DNA of 64,000 bases from Candidatus Zixiibacteriota bacterium (GTDB lineage: Bacteria; Zixibacteria; MSB-5A5; UBA10806; 4484-95): NCBI GenBank assembly GCA_037441845.1, contig JBBIRK010000003.1, forward strand, positions 64,001 through 128,000. The letters are read 5' to 3'. This document shows positions 29,407 through 41,102 of the stretch, piece after piece (position 1 is the stretch's first letter; every line of letters starts with the position of its first letter). The notes under the pieces are model-generated. The model was given only the letters and a program-made list of their open reading frames with translations, searched no databases and was not told the DNA's origin. The translations under genes and the position numbers were made by a program.

Positions 29407-29901
29407 ATGAAAATCACGGCGCTCGAGGAATACGGATTAAGGTGCATGTTGCTATTGGCCAGACAGCCGGCCGGGGCATCATTGACCTTGCCCGAAATCG
29501 CCGCCCGGGAAGGATTATCGATACCTTACGCCGGAAAGCTGCTGATGATTTTGAAGCAAGCTGGTTTGGTGAAAGCCGCCAGAGGCCGCAAGGGCGGATA
29601 TGTTTTGGCGAGGCCCGACAACCAGATTCATCTCAGCGAAATTTTCGGCTGCCTGGGCGATTCCGTATTCACCAAGACCTATTGTCTGCAACACAGCGGG
29701 GGAAGCGAAAACTGTGTGCATATGAACAATTGCGATGTCAAAAAGATCTGGACCGGTATCGATCGCTTTTTCGCAAGCGTTTTCAGCCGGGTTACTCTTG
29801 CCGAGCTGGCATCGGGGAAAATCGACATGTTCGAATCGCTTGCTTCCGGTTCTTCCGATTTTGGAGAGATCGCCGGTTCGGGAACAGCCAATAAACGATA
29901 A
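29407..29901 (+). CDS. Rrf2-family regulator (IscR/SufR-like, three Cys)
   Basis: YGLR...LA, EIA..EG.S..Y..K, RG..GGY.LAR, three Cys in C...C..C cluster. Confidence 0.92.
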   Translation: MKITALEEYGLRCMLLLARQPAGASLTLPEIAAREGLSIPYAGKLLMILKQAGLVKAARGRKGGYVLARPDNQIHLSEIFGCLGDSVFTKTYCLQHSGGSENCVHMNNCDVKKIWTGIDRFFASVFSRVTLAELASGKIDMFESLASGSSDFGEIAGSGTANKR

Positions 29902-29934
29902 TGGTTTCGTTTTATTAAATAGAAAGAGGTTGAA

Positions 29935-30708
29935 ATGTCCGATCGAAAAAACATTTTTGCATTTTACGATATCCATGTGGAGATCGAGGGCAAGGAAGTG
30001 GTCAAGGGGGTGACCCTCGAAATCAAACCCGGCGAGAAACATGCGATCATGGGACCCAACGGTTCCGGCAAGTCGAGTTTGGCTAATGCTCTCGCCGGTC
30101 ACCCCAATTATCGCATAACCTCGGGGCAGGCATATATCGACGGTAAAAATTTGCTGGAACTCGATGCTACCCAGAGGGCGAGAGTGGGGTTGTTTCTTGC
30201 TTTCCAATATCCGCTGGCGATTCCCGGAGTGACTGTGGCCAATTTCCTGCGCACCGCGGTAAAGGCTATCAGCAACGGCGATGAGGAGCGCCTGAAGAAC
30301 TTCCGCAAGGAATTGCTGGAAAAATTCAAACTTCTCGATATCGATCAATCTTTCGCCGCCCGCTACGTCAATGACGGATTTTCGGGAGGCGAAAAGAAAC
30401 GGCTCGAGATCCTGCAGATGGCTATGCTGAAGCCGCTGATGGCGATTCTCGACGAAACCGATTCGGGTCTCGATATAGACGCCCTGAAAATAGTGTCCAG
30501 AGGCATTAACACCTCGGCGCACGAACAGGGTGGAGTGTTGCTGGTCACTCATTATCAACGTATCCTCAACTACGTTAAACCGGACTGGATTCACGTGATG
30601 ATGGATGGGAAAATCGTTCGTTCGGGCGGCCCCGAATTGGCTTTGCAGCTCGAAGAGCAGGGTTACGACTGGCTGAAAATCGAACCGGTCGGCACGGTGG
30701 GGAGGTGA
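29935..30708 (+). CDS. sufC: Fe-S assembly ATPase SufC
   Basis: [32 protein letters not shown]. Confidence 0.97.
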   Translation: MSDRKNIFAFYDIHVEIEGKEVVKGVTLEIKPGEKHAIMGPNGSGKSSLANALAGHPNYRITSGQAYIDGKNLLELDATQRARVGLFLAFQYPLAIPGVTVANFLRTAVKAISNGDEERLKNFRKELLEKFKLLDIDQSFAARYVNDGFSGGEKKRLEILQMAMLKPLMAILDETDSGLDIDALKIVSRGINTSAHEQGGVLLVTHYQRILNYVKPDWIHVMMDGKIVRSGGPELALQLEEQGYDWLKIEPVGTVGR

Positions 30709-32144
30709 CGGTCGTGAGCGAATCTCAGGAAAAGAATCTGGGTATCGCCAGTATCGGCGACGATTACGCCGTCCAGTATGGTTTTCGCGACGTCGAAGAT
30801 TACTTTCATAAGAGCCCGAAAGGACTCAGCCATGAAGTTGTCGAGATGATTTCGCGGCTGAAGAACGAGCCTGAATGGATGACCAAATTCCGCCACGATG
30901 CTCTCGATATATTTCTGGCCAAGCCCATGCCGCAATGGGGGAACACGGCGCTGCTTAACTCGATCGATTTTTCTGATATTCATTATTACGTCAGGCCGAC
31001 CGAAAAACAGGGCCGTTCGTGGGACGAGGTGCCGGAAAACATAAAAAGGACTTTCGATCGGCTGGGGATTCCGGAGGCCGAACGGAAATTTCTGGCGGGT
31101 GTTTCCGCGCAATACGAATCCGAGGTCGTTTATCATTCGCTTAAAGAAGATCTGCGCAAACAAGGGATCATATTCCTGGATATGGACAGCGGCCTGCGGG
31201 AACATCCGGATATCGTTCGCAAATACTTTTCGACCGTAATCCCGGCATCGGATAATAAATTTGCCGCTCTGAATTCAGCCGTTTGGTCGGGTGGATCGTT
31301 TATATACGTGCCGCCCGGGGTCGACGTGAAAATCCCGCTTCAAGCCTACTTCCGAATAAACGCGGAGAATATGGGGCAGTTCGAACGAACGCTCATTATC
31401 GCCGACAAGGGGTCAAGAGTTCATTATATCGAAGGTTGCACGGCTCCGGTTTACTCGACCAATTCGCTGCATGCCGCGGTGGTCGAGCTGATCGCCTTGG
31501 AAGGCGCCTATATCCGCTACACCACCATTCAGAACTGGTCGCACAACATTTTCAATCTGGTCACCAAAAGAGCGATGGCGCATGCCGGAGCCACGGTCGA
31601 GTGGGTCGATGGCAATCTGGGAAGCCGTTTGACAATGAAATATCCTTGCGTTTATCTGGTGGGTGAAGGAGCGCGCGGCGAGATTTTGTCTATAGCTTTC
31701 GCCGGTGACGGGCAGCATCAGGATGCGGGGGCGAAAGTGATCCACGTCGCACCGCGCACCAGTTCGAGGATCACCTCCAAATCGATTTCCAAGGCCGGCG
31801 GCAGAGCCTCTTACAGAGGGATGGTGAAAATATATCCCCAAGCCCACGACTGCCGGGTCTCTGTCGAATGCGACGCCTTGCTTATCGACGGCGCCTCGCG
31901 GTCGGATACATATCCCACCATGGAAATAGACGCCGAAAGAGTCAGGGTCGAACACGAGGCCCGCGTCTCGAAGATCGCCGAAGAGCAGTTGTTTTACCTG
32001 ACCAGCCGCGGGCTGACCGAAGATGAAGCCCGCCTGCTGATTATAAACGGATTCATCGAGCCGTTCACCAAAGAGCTGCCGATGGAATACGCCGTTGAAT
32101 TGAATCGTCTCATTGAGTTGGAAATGGAGGGCTCGGTAGGATGA
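30705..32144 (+). CDS. sufB: Fe-S assembly protein SufB
   Basis: [30 protein letters not shown]. Confidence 0.97.
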   Translation: MTVVSESQEKNLGIASIGDDYAVQYGFRDVEDYFHKSPKGLSHEVVEMISRLKNEPEWMTKFRHDALDIFLAKPMPQWGNTALLNSIDFSDIHYYVRPTEKQGRSWDEVPENIKRTFDRLGIPEAERKFLAGVSAQYESEVVYHSLKEDLRKQGIIFLDMDSGLREHPDIVRKYFSTVIPASDNKFAALNSAVWSGGSFIYVPPGVDVKIPLQAYFRINAENMGQFERTLIIADKGSRVHYIEGCTAPVYSTNSLHAAVVELIALEGAYIRYTTIQNWSHNIFNLVTKRAMAHAGATVEWVDGNLGSRLTMKYPCVYLVGEGARGEILSIAFAGDGQHQDAGAKVIHVAPRTSSRITSKSISKAGGRASYRGMVKIYPQAHDCRVSVECDALLIDGASRSDTYPTMEIDAERVRVEHEARVSKIAEEQLFYLTSRGLTEDEARLLIINGFIEPFTKELPMEYAVELNRLIELEMEGSVG

Positions 32145-33463
32145 ACAAGCCGATCGACTTTTCAATAGATAGTGAAAGCACGATTAAATCAGGATTGAGC
32201 GAATTCCGGGAAAAGCGGGCCGACGAGCCGGAATGGCTGTATGATCTCCGGAAAGAAGGGTGGTCGCGATATAATGAAATGCCGGCGCCCAGCCGAGTTT
32301 CTCATTTATGGCGATACTCCGATCCGCGGCTTTTCTTCGTGCGTTCCGTCTCCGAGGCGATAAACCAATTTCCCGGAGAGGATCGCGGCGGACTCGGCGA
32401 AACGGAACAAATCGATACGGAGCTTGCAGGTTACGGCCGGAATTACGCCGATCGGTCCTCGATTTTTATTCTGCAGCCGCAATATCGCAAGTCAGGAATC
32501 ATATTTGCCGAATTGTCTCGGGCAAGCCTGGCTGATCCCTCTCTTGTGAGCCGTTACCTGGGTAAACTGGTCGGCGCCGATTTCGGCAAATTCGAAGCGT
32601 TCAACCTCGCCGCTTGGAACATCGGCGCTTTGCTATATATTCCCGACAACGTCATAATCGACAAGCCGTTTTATATCCTCCGCCATCCCGCGGGCCCGGC
32701 GACGATCACCCGACTGCTGGTGATGGTCGGCAGAAATTCCGAGGCCACGATCATCGACGATTACAACTGCCATTGCCGCCACGAGGGCGAGATCTTGAAC
32801 AACGTGGTGGAGTTGTTCGCCGAGGCCGACGCCTGTGTAAACTATGTTCAAATCCAAAGATTGGGACCGGCGGCAAAAGTCCATACGACGGAACGCCTGG
32901 CGCTCGGCTCCCATGCCCGCGGCCGTTCGATATTCGTATCAGTGGGTGGGCATACGGCCAAAATCAACTCTGGAGCTATCCTAAGAGGTAAGGGCGCCGA
33001 CAGCCGTATTTACGGGATCGCTTTCGCCGATTCCGACCAGAAATTCGATCATCATACCTATCATCAGCACCAGGCCGCCAATACCTATTCCGATATCGAT
33101 TTCAAGGTGATGCTGAAAGAAAAAGCGGTGTCGGCCTACACCGGTTTGATTAGAATCGAGAAAGATGCTCCCAATTGCGAGGCTTATCAAGAAAATCGAA
33201 ACCTATTGCTCGATGACGGGACGAAAGCCGATTCTATCCCCGAGTTGGAAATCCTCAATGATCAGGTCCGCTGCACTCATGGTGCGACCATGGGACCGGT
33301 CGACCCGGAAATGATATTCTATCTTCGATCGCGGGGCTTTTCCGAGCAGGAGGCGGTTTCCAGTATCGTGCATGGTTTTATCGAACCGACGTTGAATAAA
33401 ATACAACCGAATATAGCTAATGTGGCAAGGGAATTGATTCATCTTAAAATGCAAGAGGATTAG
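32141..33463 (+). CDS. sufD: Fe-S assembly protein SufD
   Basis: WRYS, P.LEI..D.V.C.HGAT, FYL.SRG. Confidence 0.94.
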   Translation: MNKPIDFSIDSESTIKSGLSEFREKRADEPEWLYDLRKEGWSRYNEMPAPSRVSHLWRYSDPRLFFVRSVSEAINQFPGEDRGGLGETEQIDTELAGYGRNYADRSSIFILQPQYRKSGIIFAELSRASLADPSLVSRYLGKLVGADFGKFEAFNLAAWNIGALLYIPDNVIIDKPFYILRHPAGPATITRLLVMVGRNSEATIIDDYNCHCRHEGEILNNVVELFAEADACVNYVQIQRLGPAAKVHTTERLALGSHARGRSIFVSVGGHTAKINSGAILRGKGADSRIYGIAFADSDQKFDHHTYHQHQAANTYSDIDFKVMLKEKAVSAYTGLIRIEKDAPNCEAYQENRNLLLDDGTKADSIPELEILNDQVRCTHGATMGPVDPEMIFYLRSRGFSEQEAVSSIVHGFIEPTLNKIQPNIANVARELIHLKMQED

Positions 33464-33781
33464 ATGGTTGGCGAATTCGTGAGAATTTGTGATGCGGGGG
33501 AGATCGAGGAAGGCAAAACCAAGCTGTTCGATCTGGACGATCGACCGATTATCGTGGGCAAATGGAAAGGCGAGTATTTCGCCTTCGACGGAGTTTGCAC
33601 TCATGACGGCGGCGATATCGGACCCGGCGAAATCGTGGATCGGCAGATCGAATGCCCGCGGCATGGGGCGAGATTCGATATTTTGAGCGGAGCGGCCACC
33701 AGGCTGCCGGCGATCGGCGGGCTTAAACGCCACGAATTGGAGCTTAGGGGAAACAGCCTTTTCATAGCCTTGGCTGATTAG
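33464..33781 (+). CDS. Rieske-type ferredoxin
   Basis: CTH...CPRHG.RFD Rieske motif. Confidence 0.93.
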   Translation: MVGEFVRICDAGEIEEGKTKLFDLDDRPIIVGKWKGEYFAFDGVCTHDGGDIGPGEIVDRQIECPRHGARFDILSGAATRLPAIGGLKRHELELRGNSLFIALAD

Positions 33782-33796
33782 AGCGACGGTAATTAT

Positions 33797-35080
33797 ATGA
33801 GGAAAACCGAAAACGGCCGCGCAATCGGCGCGACCCAGGCTGCTCCGGCGAAAATCGATCCCGTGACGATCAAGGGCGATTTCCCGATTTTCGAGCGTAA
33901 AATACACGGCCGCCGATTGATTTATCTCGACAATGCCGCCACCACCCATAAACCTGAACAGGTGCTGGCCGCGCTGAGCTCATTCTATCGCTACCATAAC
34001 GCCAACGTTCATCGAGGTCTGCATACGCTGGCCGAGGAGGCCACGCTCGCTTATGAGTCGACTCGCAAAAAAGCGGCCGATTTCATCGGCGCGCGCGCTC
34101 CCGAGGAAATCGTCTTTACCCGCAATGCCACCGAGGCCATCAATTTGGTTGCTTACAGTTGGGGAAGGGCCAATATAGGTCCGGGCGATCGGCTTGTCGC
34201 CACTCAGATGGAGCACCACGCCAATCTCGTGCCGTGGATAGTTTTGGCCAATCGGGTCGGCGCCGAATTGAGATACATCCCTATCGATGGCAATGGTGAG
34301 CTCGATTTAGAAGTCCTCCCGGAATTGCTGACTCCCAATACCAGGCTGGTTGCGGTGACGCAAATGTCGAATGTGCTCGGGACCATCAATCCTGTTCGGG
34401 AAATCGGCCGGTTTGCACACCAGGCCGGCGCCTTACTATTGGTGGACGGCGCTCAAGCGGTTCCTCATATGCCCGTGAATGTCACCGATATCGACGCCGA
34501 TTTTTACGTGTTTTCCGCTCACAAAATGCTCGGGCCGACAGGGGTGGGTGTCCTATTTGCCAAGGCCAGTTTGCTCGATACTATGGAGCCGTATAATCTG
34601 GGCGGCGAAATGATCAGCCGGGTTACATTTGAAAGTGTCGATTGGAACCAACCGCCCCACAAATACGAGGCCGGCACTCCTAATATCGCCGGGGTGGCGG
34701 CTTTCGCGACGGCGATCGATTATTTGAAACAGTTGGACCTCGAAGCCGTTCGTAATCATGAGATCGATTTGACCGAATACGCATTGAAAAGACTGGGCGA
34801 GCTTGAACATGTAAAGATTTTCGGACCAGCCGATCCGATGAAACGAGGAGCCGCTATTTCCTTTGTCGACGATAAAATTCATCCCCACGACCTGGCCTCG
34901 GTTCTGGATTCCCGCGGCATCGCGATCAGAGCGGGACATCACTGCGCTCAACCGCTGACCAATCTGCTCGGGCAGATTTCGACCGCCCGGGCGAGCTTTT
35001 ACATATACAACGATCGTGAAGATGTGGATGAGCTTATCGAAGGATTGAAAGCAGCCCGGAGGTTTTTCGGTTATGCCTGA
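33797..35080 (+). CDS. sufS: cysteine desulfurase SufS
   Basis: YLDNAAT, NVHRG, EHHAN, SAHKM.GPTG, RAGHHCA. Confidence 0.97.
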   Translation: MRKTENGRAIGATQAAPAKIDPVTIKGDFPIFERKIHGRRLIYLDNAATTHKPEQVLAALSSFYRYHNANVHRGLHTLAEEATLAYESTRKKAADFIGARAPEEIVFTRNATEAINLVAYSWGRANIGPGDRLVATQMEHHANLVPWIVLANRVGAELRYIPIDGNGELDLEVLPELLTPNTRLVAVTQMSNVLGTINPVREIGRFAHQAGALLLVDGAQAVPHMPVNVTDIDADFYVFSAHKMLGPTGVGVLFAKASLLDTMEPYNLGGEMISRVTFESVDWNQPPHKYEAGTPNIAGVAAFATAIDYLKQLDLEAVRNHEIDLTEYALKRLGELEHVKIFGPADPMKRGAAISFVDDKIHPHDLASVLDSRGIAIRAGHHCAQPLTNLLGQISTARASFYIYNDREDVDELIEGLKAARRFFGYA

Positions 35081-35543
35081 TCCCCTCGAAGATTTATATC
35101 GCGAAATCATTCTCGATCATTATCATTCCCCGCGCGGAAACAAAAAAATCGAAAATCCGGATATCAAAAACGAGGGGAAAAATCCGAGTTGCGGCGACGA
35201 AATCGAATTATCCCTTAAACTGGATGACCATAAAATCGATGATATCTCGGTGGCCTGTAAGGGTTGTGCGATTTCGGTGGCCTCCGGATCGCTTTTGGCG
35301 GAAGCCATCAAAGGCAAATCGATCGCCGAGGTAAAAAAGATTGCTTCCGTCGTCAAATCGATGTTGAAAGGAGAGGAAGTTCCTCCAGACGCCGATCTCG
35401 GCGATATCGAAGTGTTGAAAACGGTCAATAAATTCCCGGTGCGGGTAAAATGCGCTTTGCTCTCATGGGTGACTTTGATCGACTGTCTCGAAGCATTGGA
35501 GCACCGTTCGGGGGCGAAGATATCCACCACGGAACAGCCATGA
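35073..35543 (+). CDS. sufU: SufU sulfur-transfer/scaffold protein
   Basis: LY.EIILDH, NP.CGD, GCAIS.AS, FP.RVKCA.L.W. Confidence 0.95.
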   Translation: MPDPLEDLYREIILDHYHSPRGNKKIENPDIKNEGKNPSCGDEIELSLKLDDHKIDDISVACKGCAISVASGSLLAEAIKGKSIAEVKKIASVVKSMLKGEEVPPDADLGDIEVLKTVNKFPVRVKCALLSWVTLIDCLEALEHRSGAKISTTEQP

Positions 35544-35845
35544 TCGATACGGAAAATATCCGCCGGAAAATCGCCGATGTCAAGGATCCGGAGTTGGGGC
35601 TTGGAGTAGTGGACCTGGGCTTGATCTACGATATAGAGGTCCTCGATGACGGGCTGGTCAGAATCGCCATGACATTGACGACTCCTTATTGTCCTTATGG
35701 TCCGCAGCTGGTGGCTCAAGTGCAGAAAGCGGCGGCGACTGTCGAGGGAGTCAGCCGGGCGGAGGTGAATGTGGTCTGGGAACCACCATGGAACCCCTCC
35801 GAGATGGCGACGCCTTATGCCAAAGACGTTTTGGGAATTTGGTGA
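35540..35845 (+). CDS. sufT: SufT/PaaD-like DUF59 protein
   Basis: V.DPE....VDLGLIY, MTLT.P.CP, WEPPW...M. Confidence 0.92.
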   Translation: MIDTENIRRKIADVKDPELGLGVVDLGLIYDIEVLDDGLVRIAMTLTTPYCPYGPQLVAQVQKAAATVEGVSRAEVNVVWEPPWNPSEMATPYAKDVLGIW

Positions 35846-35871
35846 ATCGTGTAAGTGATTTTTATTTCGTC

Positions 35872-35887
35872 GCCGTCGACCGACAGC
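35872..35887 (-). promoter_or_regulatory. putative bacterial SECIS hairpin
   Basis: minus strand GCUGUC-GGUC-GACGGC, 12 nt downstream of the in-frame UGA at 35902-35900. Confidence 0.55.
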
Positions 35888-35890
35888 CGG

Positions 35891-36304
35891 CTATTTTTTT
35901 CAGCCGCAGCCGCAGGACCTGATATTGTTTACGTCCAAAGTCGATTTCAATACCGCGCTCAGCTCAAGCTCCCGACCATCATAAGTAATCGATTCGATCG
36001 CCGTGGGTTCTCCCGCCGATGCGGCGATATCTCCGATTAGGGCGCCGATCGCCGATGACAGTGCCTTGAAATGCTTGAAATATAAAAACGACGACAAGCC
36101 GTCATCCGGAGCATGTCCAGCGACGAATTCCTTTGGAGACAATTTCGCGAAATCAACGATGCGCATTCCTTTCACCAGCGAAATCAGCAGATCCTCTTGT
36201 CCCACTGATCCTCCGCAGGTGATTTTGGCGAGAGAGTAATTCGTAATACGGCCGCTCTCGTCCAATCGCAGTTTTATGATTTCGGTGATATCTTTACAGG
36301 GCAT
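35891..36304 (-). CDS. IscU-like protein with C-terminal CGCG(U)KK, putative selenoprotein (ends at 35900 if the UGA is a stop)
   Basis: MPCKD...LDESGRI...TCG...LVKG resembles IscU; ends TGC GGC TGC GGC TGA AAA AAA TAG followed by a SECIS-like hairpin. Confidence 0.65.
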
Positions 36305-36372
36305 CTTGATGACGATTACTAAATTCGGGTTCGCTTGGTTCCCGCTCTTATGTCCAAGGTTTTCGATCCGGA

Positions 36373-37524
36373 TCAGGAGATGCCGTCGATAGCAATTCCC
36401 CGATCGGCCAGCTCTTTCAGGAATGCGGCGACCGGAACGCATTTTTCCTGCGGCAGCACACCACGATGTTCGATCAATCCCATGGCCTGCATGCGGGAGA
36501 TTATAGCCGCCGGAAAAGCCGTCATCCGCATCATGGAGGTCATTTTCGGATTGATAGTAGCTCGGTCGATTATAGTCAACGAATGCTTTTTGTCGCCGCC
36601 GGTGAAATCGACCCGCACCAAGGTAGTGTCCTCCCGGCATAACGGAATGTTTTTCTCGATCAAAGCCGCGGTCAGTTTACGAGGGGTGATCGCGCCCGAT
36701 TCGAATGCCATCGGTTCACTCGAAAATAGGCCGAGCTCGAAAATCGCCCGAATGGCGATGCAATGGCCGGGGTAGCGTATCGTCTTATAATCCAAATTTT
36801 TCAAGCGATTTCCATAAGTGTCGACCAGAGTCGATGTTCCTCCGGAGGTCGTGAAAGCCTCGAGTTTGCCGAAAGGCGCCGGGAATTCGATTTCTTCGAT
36901 ATCGCTCAGCGGTTCTATAATTTCGATTCGGCCGTTTCGCAGACGCCTTACCGGTTCGACATATTCGTTTATAAGCCCCTCGACCGAGAACAACCGGCCG
37001 TATTTCAAGGTGCCCTCGGGTTTCAGCGGCAACCCTCCGACCCGAATCCGTACCGTATCCACCCAATCGAATCTCTCGACTCCCCAACGCACCAGCACGG
37101 AAACCATGCCGGGAGCCAATCCGCAATCGGGAATAATGGATACTCCTGCTTTTTTCGCCGACTCGTTCAACTCGATCTGCCGATCGACTATCGAGCTGTT
37201 GCCGCCCATATCGCACATGTGCCTGCCTGTGGCTATCGCCAGCCGGGTCAATTCGAGATTAAGGCCATAGTGCATGGCTGCGATAGCGCAATCGACCCGG
37301 GCCAGCAAAGCGGTCACCTGATTACGATCCGTCGCCTCGAGATTGACGGTTTCCAGCCTATTATCTGCCAGAAACGATCTGCAATTCTCCAACGATCGAG
37401 GGTTGATGTCGGCGAGAATCACCCTTTCGGTGTCGCGGTGGCGCAATAAATCGTAGGCCACGGCGCGCCCCATCAACCCTGCACCCAGCACCGCGTATTT
37501 GAAATTTCCGCCCGAGTCGGTCAT
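36373..37524 (-). CDS. saccharopine/lysine 6-dehydrogenase-like oxidoreductase
   Basis: GAGLMG Rossmann motif, CGLAPG, VGGLP, EAF.TSGG, YKT.RYPGH. Confidence 0.9.
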   Translation of the reverse strand: MTDSGGNFKYAVLGAGLMGRAVAYDLLRHRDTERVILADINPRSLENCRSFLADNRLETVNLEATDRNQVTALLARVDCAIAAMHYGLNLELTRLAIATGRHMCDMGGNSSIVDRQIELNESAKKAGVSIIPDCGLAPGMVSVLVRWGVERFDWVDTVRIRVGGLPLKPEGTLKYGRLFSVEGLINEYVEPVRRLRNGRIEIIEPLSDIEEIEFPAPFGKLEAFTTSGGTSTLVDTYGNRLKNLDYKTIRYPGHCIAIRAIFELGLFSSEPMAFESGAITPRKLTAALIEKNIPLCREDTTLVRVDFTGGDKKHSLTIIDRATINPKMTSMMRMTAFPAAIISRMQAMGLIEHRGVLPQEKCVPVAAFLKELADRGIAIDGIS

Positions 37525-37597
37525 TCTATCGATTCATTACCTTAAATACCGATAGAGCACGAACAAACCATGCAGCTTATTTTACGCCCGCGTTCGA

Positions 37598-40315
37598 TTA
37601 TTGCTCATTCAAGATATTTCTCAAGACGAACTGCAATATCCCGCCGTGCCGGTAGTATTCGATTTCGATCGGAGTATCGATTCGGCATATCGTATCGAAT
37701 CTGCCTTTTTTCCCGTCGTCGCGCGTATAGCTTACACTTACTTTTTGCAGCGGCTTCAGATTATCGTCGATATCAATCTGAAATACCTCTTTGCCGCTGA
37801 GTCCGAGCGCGGCCGCGTTCTGACCGTTTTCGAATTGCAGCGGCAAAATTCCCATGCCGACCAGATTGCTCCTGTGAATCCTTTCGAATGATTCGGCGAT
37901 CACCGCTTTGATCCCGAGCAGATACGGTCCTTTTGCCGCCCAATCGCGACTCGAGCCCATGCCGTAATCGATACCGGCAAGGACGATGGTGGGGATATTT
38001 TCCGCCTTGTAGCGCACCGAGGCCTCGTAGATTGAGATAACTTCATTCGATGGGAAATGCGTCGTCCAGCCGCCCTCGGTGCCCGGCGCAAGCTGGTTTT
38101 TGAGTCGGATATTGGCGAAAGTGCCTCGGGTCATGATTTTGTCGTTGCCGCGGCGCGAGCCGTATGAGTTGAAATCTTTCGGGCTGATTCCCAAGCTGAT
38201 CAAATACTGTCCCGCGGGGCTTTTCTGGGAGATCGATCCGGCCGGGCTTATATGGTCGGTGGTCACGCTGTTGCCGACTTTCACCAGCACGCGGGCGTTT
38301 TTAATCGGCGTTATCTTGCCCGGTTCCTTCCGCATATCTTTGAAGAAAGGCGGCTGTTGAATGTAAGTGCTGGCCTCGTTCCATTCGTAAAGCGCCCCGC
38401 CTTTCAGGGGAATTTCGTTCCAGAGCCGATTGGCCTTTTCGATATTCGCGTAGGTTTTGTTATAAACATCAGCGCTTATGGCTTTCCCCAGATATTCGGA
38501 GATCTCTTGTTCGGTCGGCCAGATATCTTTCAGGAAAACTTCTTTACCGCCGTTTCTGCCGATCGGTTCCGTCGATAGGTCTATATCGATCGTTCCGGCG
38601 ATAGCATAAGCCACGACCAGCGGGGGGGATGCCAGGTAATTGGCGCGCGTATCCGGGTGAACTCTCCCCTCGAAATTGCGGTTGCCCGAAAGCACGCTCG
38701 CCACCACCAGTTTGTTCTGCGCGATCGCTTGCGAGATCGATTCTTCGAGCGGGCCGCTGTTGCCGATACAAGTGGTGCATCCATAGCCGACATTGTAAAA
38801 ACCCAGTTTTTCGAGGTATGGCAGCAAACCTGAACTCGAGAGGTACTCCGTCACCACCCGTGATCCCGGCGCCAGGCTCGTTTTCACGTAAGGTTTCGAT
38901 TTCAGTCCGTGTTCGACAGCTTTCTTGGCCAAAAGTCCGGCAGCGATCATCACCGACGGATTGCTGGTGTTGGTGCAACTGGTGATTGCGGCTATTACCA
39001 CGTCACCGTTTTTCAATTCGACGGTCTCGCCTCTTGCACTGATTGCGCATTTGGCGCCGACCGCATCCTGGCTTAAACCGAACCCCTGTTGCTCGATCGG
39101 GGCTGCGAGGTTTTTTCTCCAATTGGCTTTCACCTCGGAAAGATTCAATCGATCCTGCGGTCTTTTCGGTCCGGCTATGCCCGGCTTGATTGTGGAAAGG
39201 TCCAGCTCGATAATGTCTTTGAATTCGGGTTCGGGTGCGTCATCGCTGCGGAAAAGATCTTGTTCCTTGCAGTATTTTTCCACCAATTCGATCGTTTCCG
39301 CCGCTCTGCCTGAAATTTTAAGGAATTGGAGTGTTTGCGAATCGACCGGGAAAAATCCCATGGTGGCGCCGTATTCGGGAGCCATATTGGCGATCGTCGC
39401 CCGATCGGGAACGCTCATTTTCGCCAGACCGGGTCCCGTGAATTCCACGAATTTGCCCACCACCCCTTTCTTGCGCAATATCTGAGTGATCGCCAGCACG
39501 ATATCGGTGGCGGTGACTCCCCGCGGTATTTCGCCGAACAACTTGAATCCAATGACCTCGGGAGCGAGCATATAGGTGGGCTGCCCCAGCATAACCGCCT
39601 CGGCCTCGATTCCTCCCACTCCCCAGCCGAGCACCCCCAGCCCGTTGATCATGGTGGTGTGAGAATCGGTGCCCACGAGAGAATCGGGGAATGCGAAGCT
39701 ATCTTTATCCACGGCGGCGACCTGCACCACGCTCGCCAGATATTCGAGATTGACCTGATGGCAGATTCCGCTTGCCGGGGGGATTATGCGAAGGTTTTGC
39801 AGAAATTGCTGACCCCAGCGCAAAAATTCATACCGTTCGCGATTGCGTTCGAATTCGAGCCGCGCGTTTTCGGCCATCGCCTCCGCTGAATTATAGTAAT
39901 CGACGCTGACGCTGTGGTCGATTACCAGATCCACCGGAACTTGGGGATTGATTTTTTGAGGATCCCCGCCCAAGTCAGCCATCGCCGCCCGCATCGCCGC
40001 CAGATCCACGACGCAGGGAACGCCGGTGAAATCTTGAAGCAGCACTCTTGCCGGTTTGAACGGAATCTCGCTGGCTGGCGGGTTTTTCGGATCATATTTC
40101 GCAAGCTTGATTATGTCGTCTTTTCTGACGTCCTTACCGCTTTCGGCGCGCACCAAAGATTCGAGCAGAATTTTGATCGAATAGGGAAGACGCCCCAGAT
40201 TCAGGTCCAATCGTTCCGCCAATTTCCTCAGGCTGTAATAATTAATTCGTCCCCGTGTCGTTTCCAATACATCGAGCGTTTGAAACGAGTCAACGCTTCT
40301 TTTCATGCTTATCAT
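37598..40315 (-). CDS. acnA: aconitate hydratase A
   Basis: [58 protein letters not shown]. Confidence 0.98.
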   Translation of the reverse strand: MISMKRSVDSFQTLDVLETTRGRINYYSLRKLAERLDLNLGRLPYSIKILLESLVRAESGKDVRKDDIIKLAKYDPKNPPASEIPFKPARVLLQDFTGVPCVVDLAAMRAAMADLGGDPQKINPQVPVDLVIDHSVSVDYYNSAEAMAENARLEFERNRERYEFLRWGQQFLQNLRIIPPASGICHQVNLEYLASVVQVAAVDKDSFAFPDSLVGTDSHTTMINGLGVLGWGVGGIEAEAVMLGQPTYMLAPEVIGFKLFGEIPRGVTATDIVLAITQILRKKGVVGKFVEFTGPGLAKMSVPDRATIANMAPEYGATMGFFPVDSQTLQFLKISGRAAETIELVEKYCKEQDLFRSDDAPEPEFKDIIELDLSTIKPGIAGPKRPQDRLNLSEVKANWRKNLAAPIEQQGFGLSQDAVGAKCAISARGETVELKNGDVVIAAITSCTNTSNPSVMIAAGLLAKKAVEHGLKSKPYVKTSLAPGSRVVTEYLSSSGLLPYLEKLGFYNVGYGCTTCIGNSGPLEESISQAIAQNKLVVASVLSGNRNFEGRVHPDTRANYLASPPLVVAYAIAGTIDIDLSTEPIGRNGGKEVFLKDIWPTEQEISEYLGKAISADVYNKTYANIEKANRLWNEIPLKGGALYEWNEASTYIQQPPFFKDMRKEPGKITPIKNARVLVKVGNSVTTDHISPAGSISQKSPAGQYLISLGISPKDFNSYGSRRGNDKIMTRGTFANIRLKNQLAPGTEGGWTTHFPSNEVISIYEASVRYKAENIPTIVLAGIDYGMGSSRDWAAKGPYLLGIKAVIAESFERIHRSNLVGMGILPLQFENGQNAAALGLSGKEVFQIDIDDNLKPLQKVSVSYTRDDGKKGRFDTICRIDTPIEIEYYRHGGILQFVLRNILNEQ

Positions 40316-40351
40316 GACCTCACTCCTTCATAAACGCAATACCGCACCCGC

Positions 40352-40834
40352 CTATTTGACGCCTTCCATCAATCTGTTGATTTTGGCGATATGGCTGGAT
40401 TCGAACTTGACCAGATATTCGTAGGTTTCCCGCCCTTTCGGATCGGTCGTCTTTTTGGCAAGATCCGAATAAAGGTTCTTTGCTCTTTCCTCGAGAATCA
40501 GGGCGATTTCGAACACCTGCCGAGGAGTCGATGATTCCGATACTCTGTCGATCAAATCGTTATGCACGCCTTCCATTTTCTCGTCGATATCGGGAAGTCC
40601 CGGGCGTTTGAGAATGTCGTTATAGGTCACCCACATCTCCGACCTGACCAGACTGTCGTATTGCCCCTCGAGAATCCGATAATGCTCTTTTTCCTCGAAA
40701 GCCAACGTGCGCAAAGTGGCCTTGAGCTGCTCATCGGCGATAATCTTTATGCATTTGTTGTAGAATACGTATGCCGCCAATTCGGCTTGTATTCCCTTGT
40801 TCAATCCTTCCAAGGCGAATTTGTCCGCCGCCAT
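40352..40834 (-). CDS. ferritin-like (rubrerythrin-type) di-iron protein
   Basis: E..A..FY, EEKEH, EE.A..LY and ESSH di-iron motifs. Confidence 0.88.
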   Translation of the reverse strand: MAADKFALEGLNKGIQAELAAYVFYNKCIKIIADEQLKATLRTLAFEEKEHYRILEGQYDSLVRSEMWVTYNDILKRPGLPDIDEKMEGVHNDLIDRVSESSTPRQVFEIALILEERAKNLYSDLAKKTTDPKGRETYEYLVKFESSHIAKINRLMEGVK

Positions 40835-41102
40835 GCTGATGCTCCTTTATGGTGATAATTTATTTTCCTCGACATAGCTGACAATTTATCAGGCGGGATA
40901 TACTTTGTCAACGACTGCCTTATTCGGAGGCATTTTCGAATAAGTCGAAACCGAAACCGATATATGGCGTTTATCTAAGTGTATGGCGCTCTATGATGCA
41001 AAGGATATTTAGAGTTTGATATTTGCCGCTTTGGCTGTTATTTATTCCAACCATGGACAAGCGAATCCGATGACGAAAAAACGATCCATCAATGGAGGAT
41101 AA

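Noticed and set aside
29515..30594. Long antisense ORFs, e.g. 29515-30594, 9604-10518, 42069-43148, 58490-59605, 63047-63916
   Set aside because: Shadow frames opposite well-supported genes in moderately GC-rich DNA
36305..36640. N-terminal extension of the 35900-36640 ORF given by the track
   Set aside because: Overlaps the 3' end of the dehydrogenase gene; ATG at 36304 gives a clean IscU-like start
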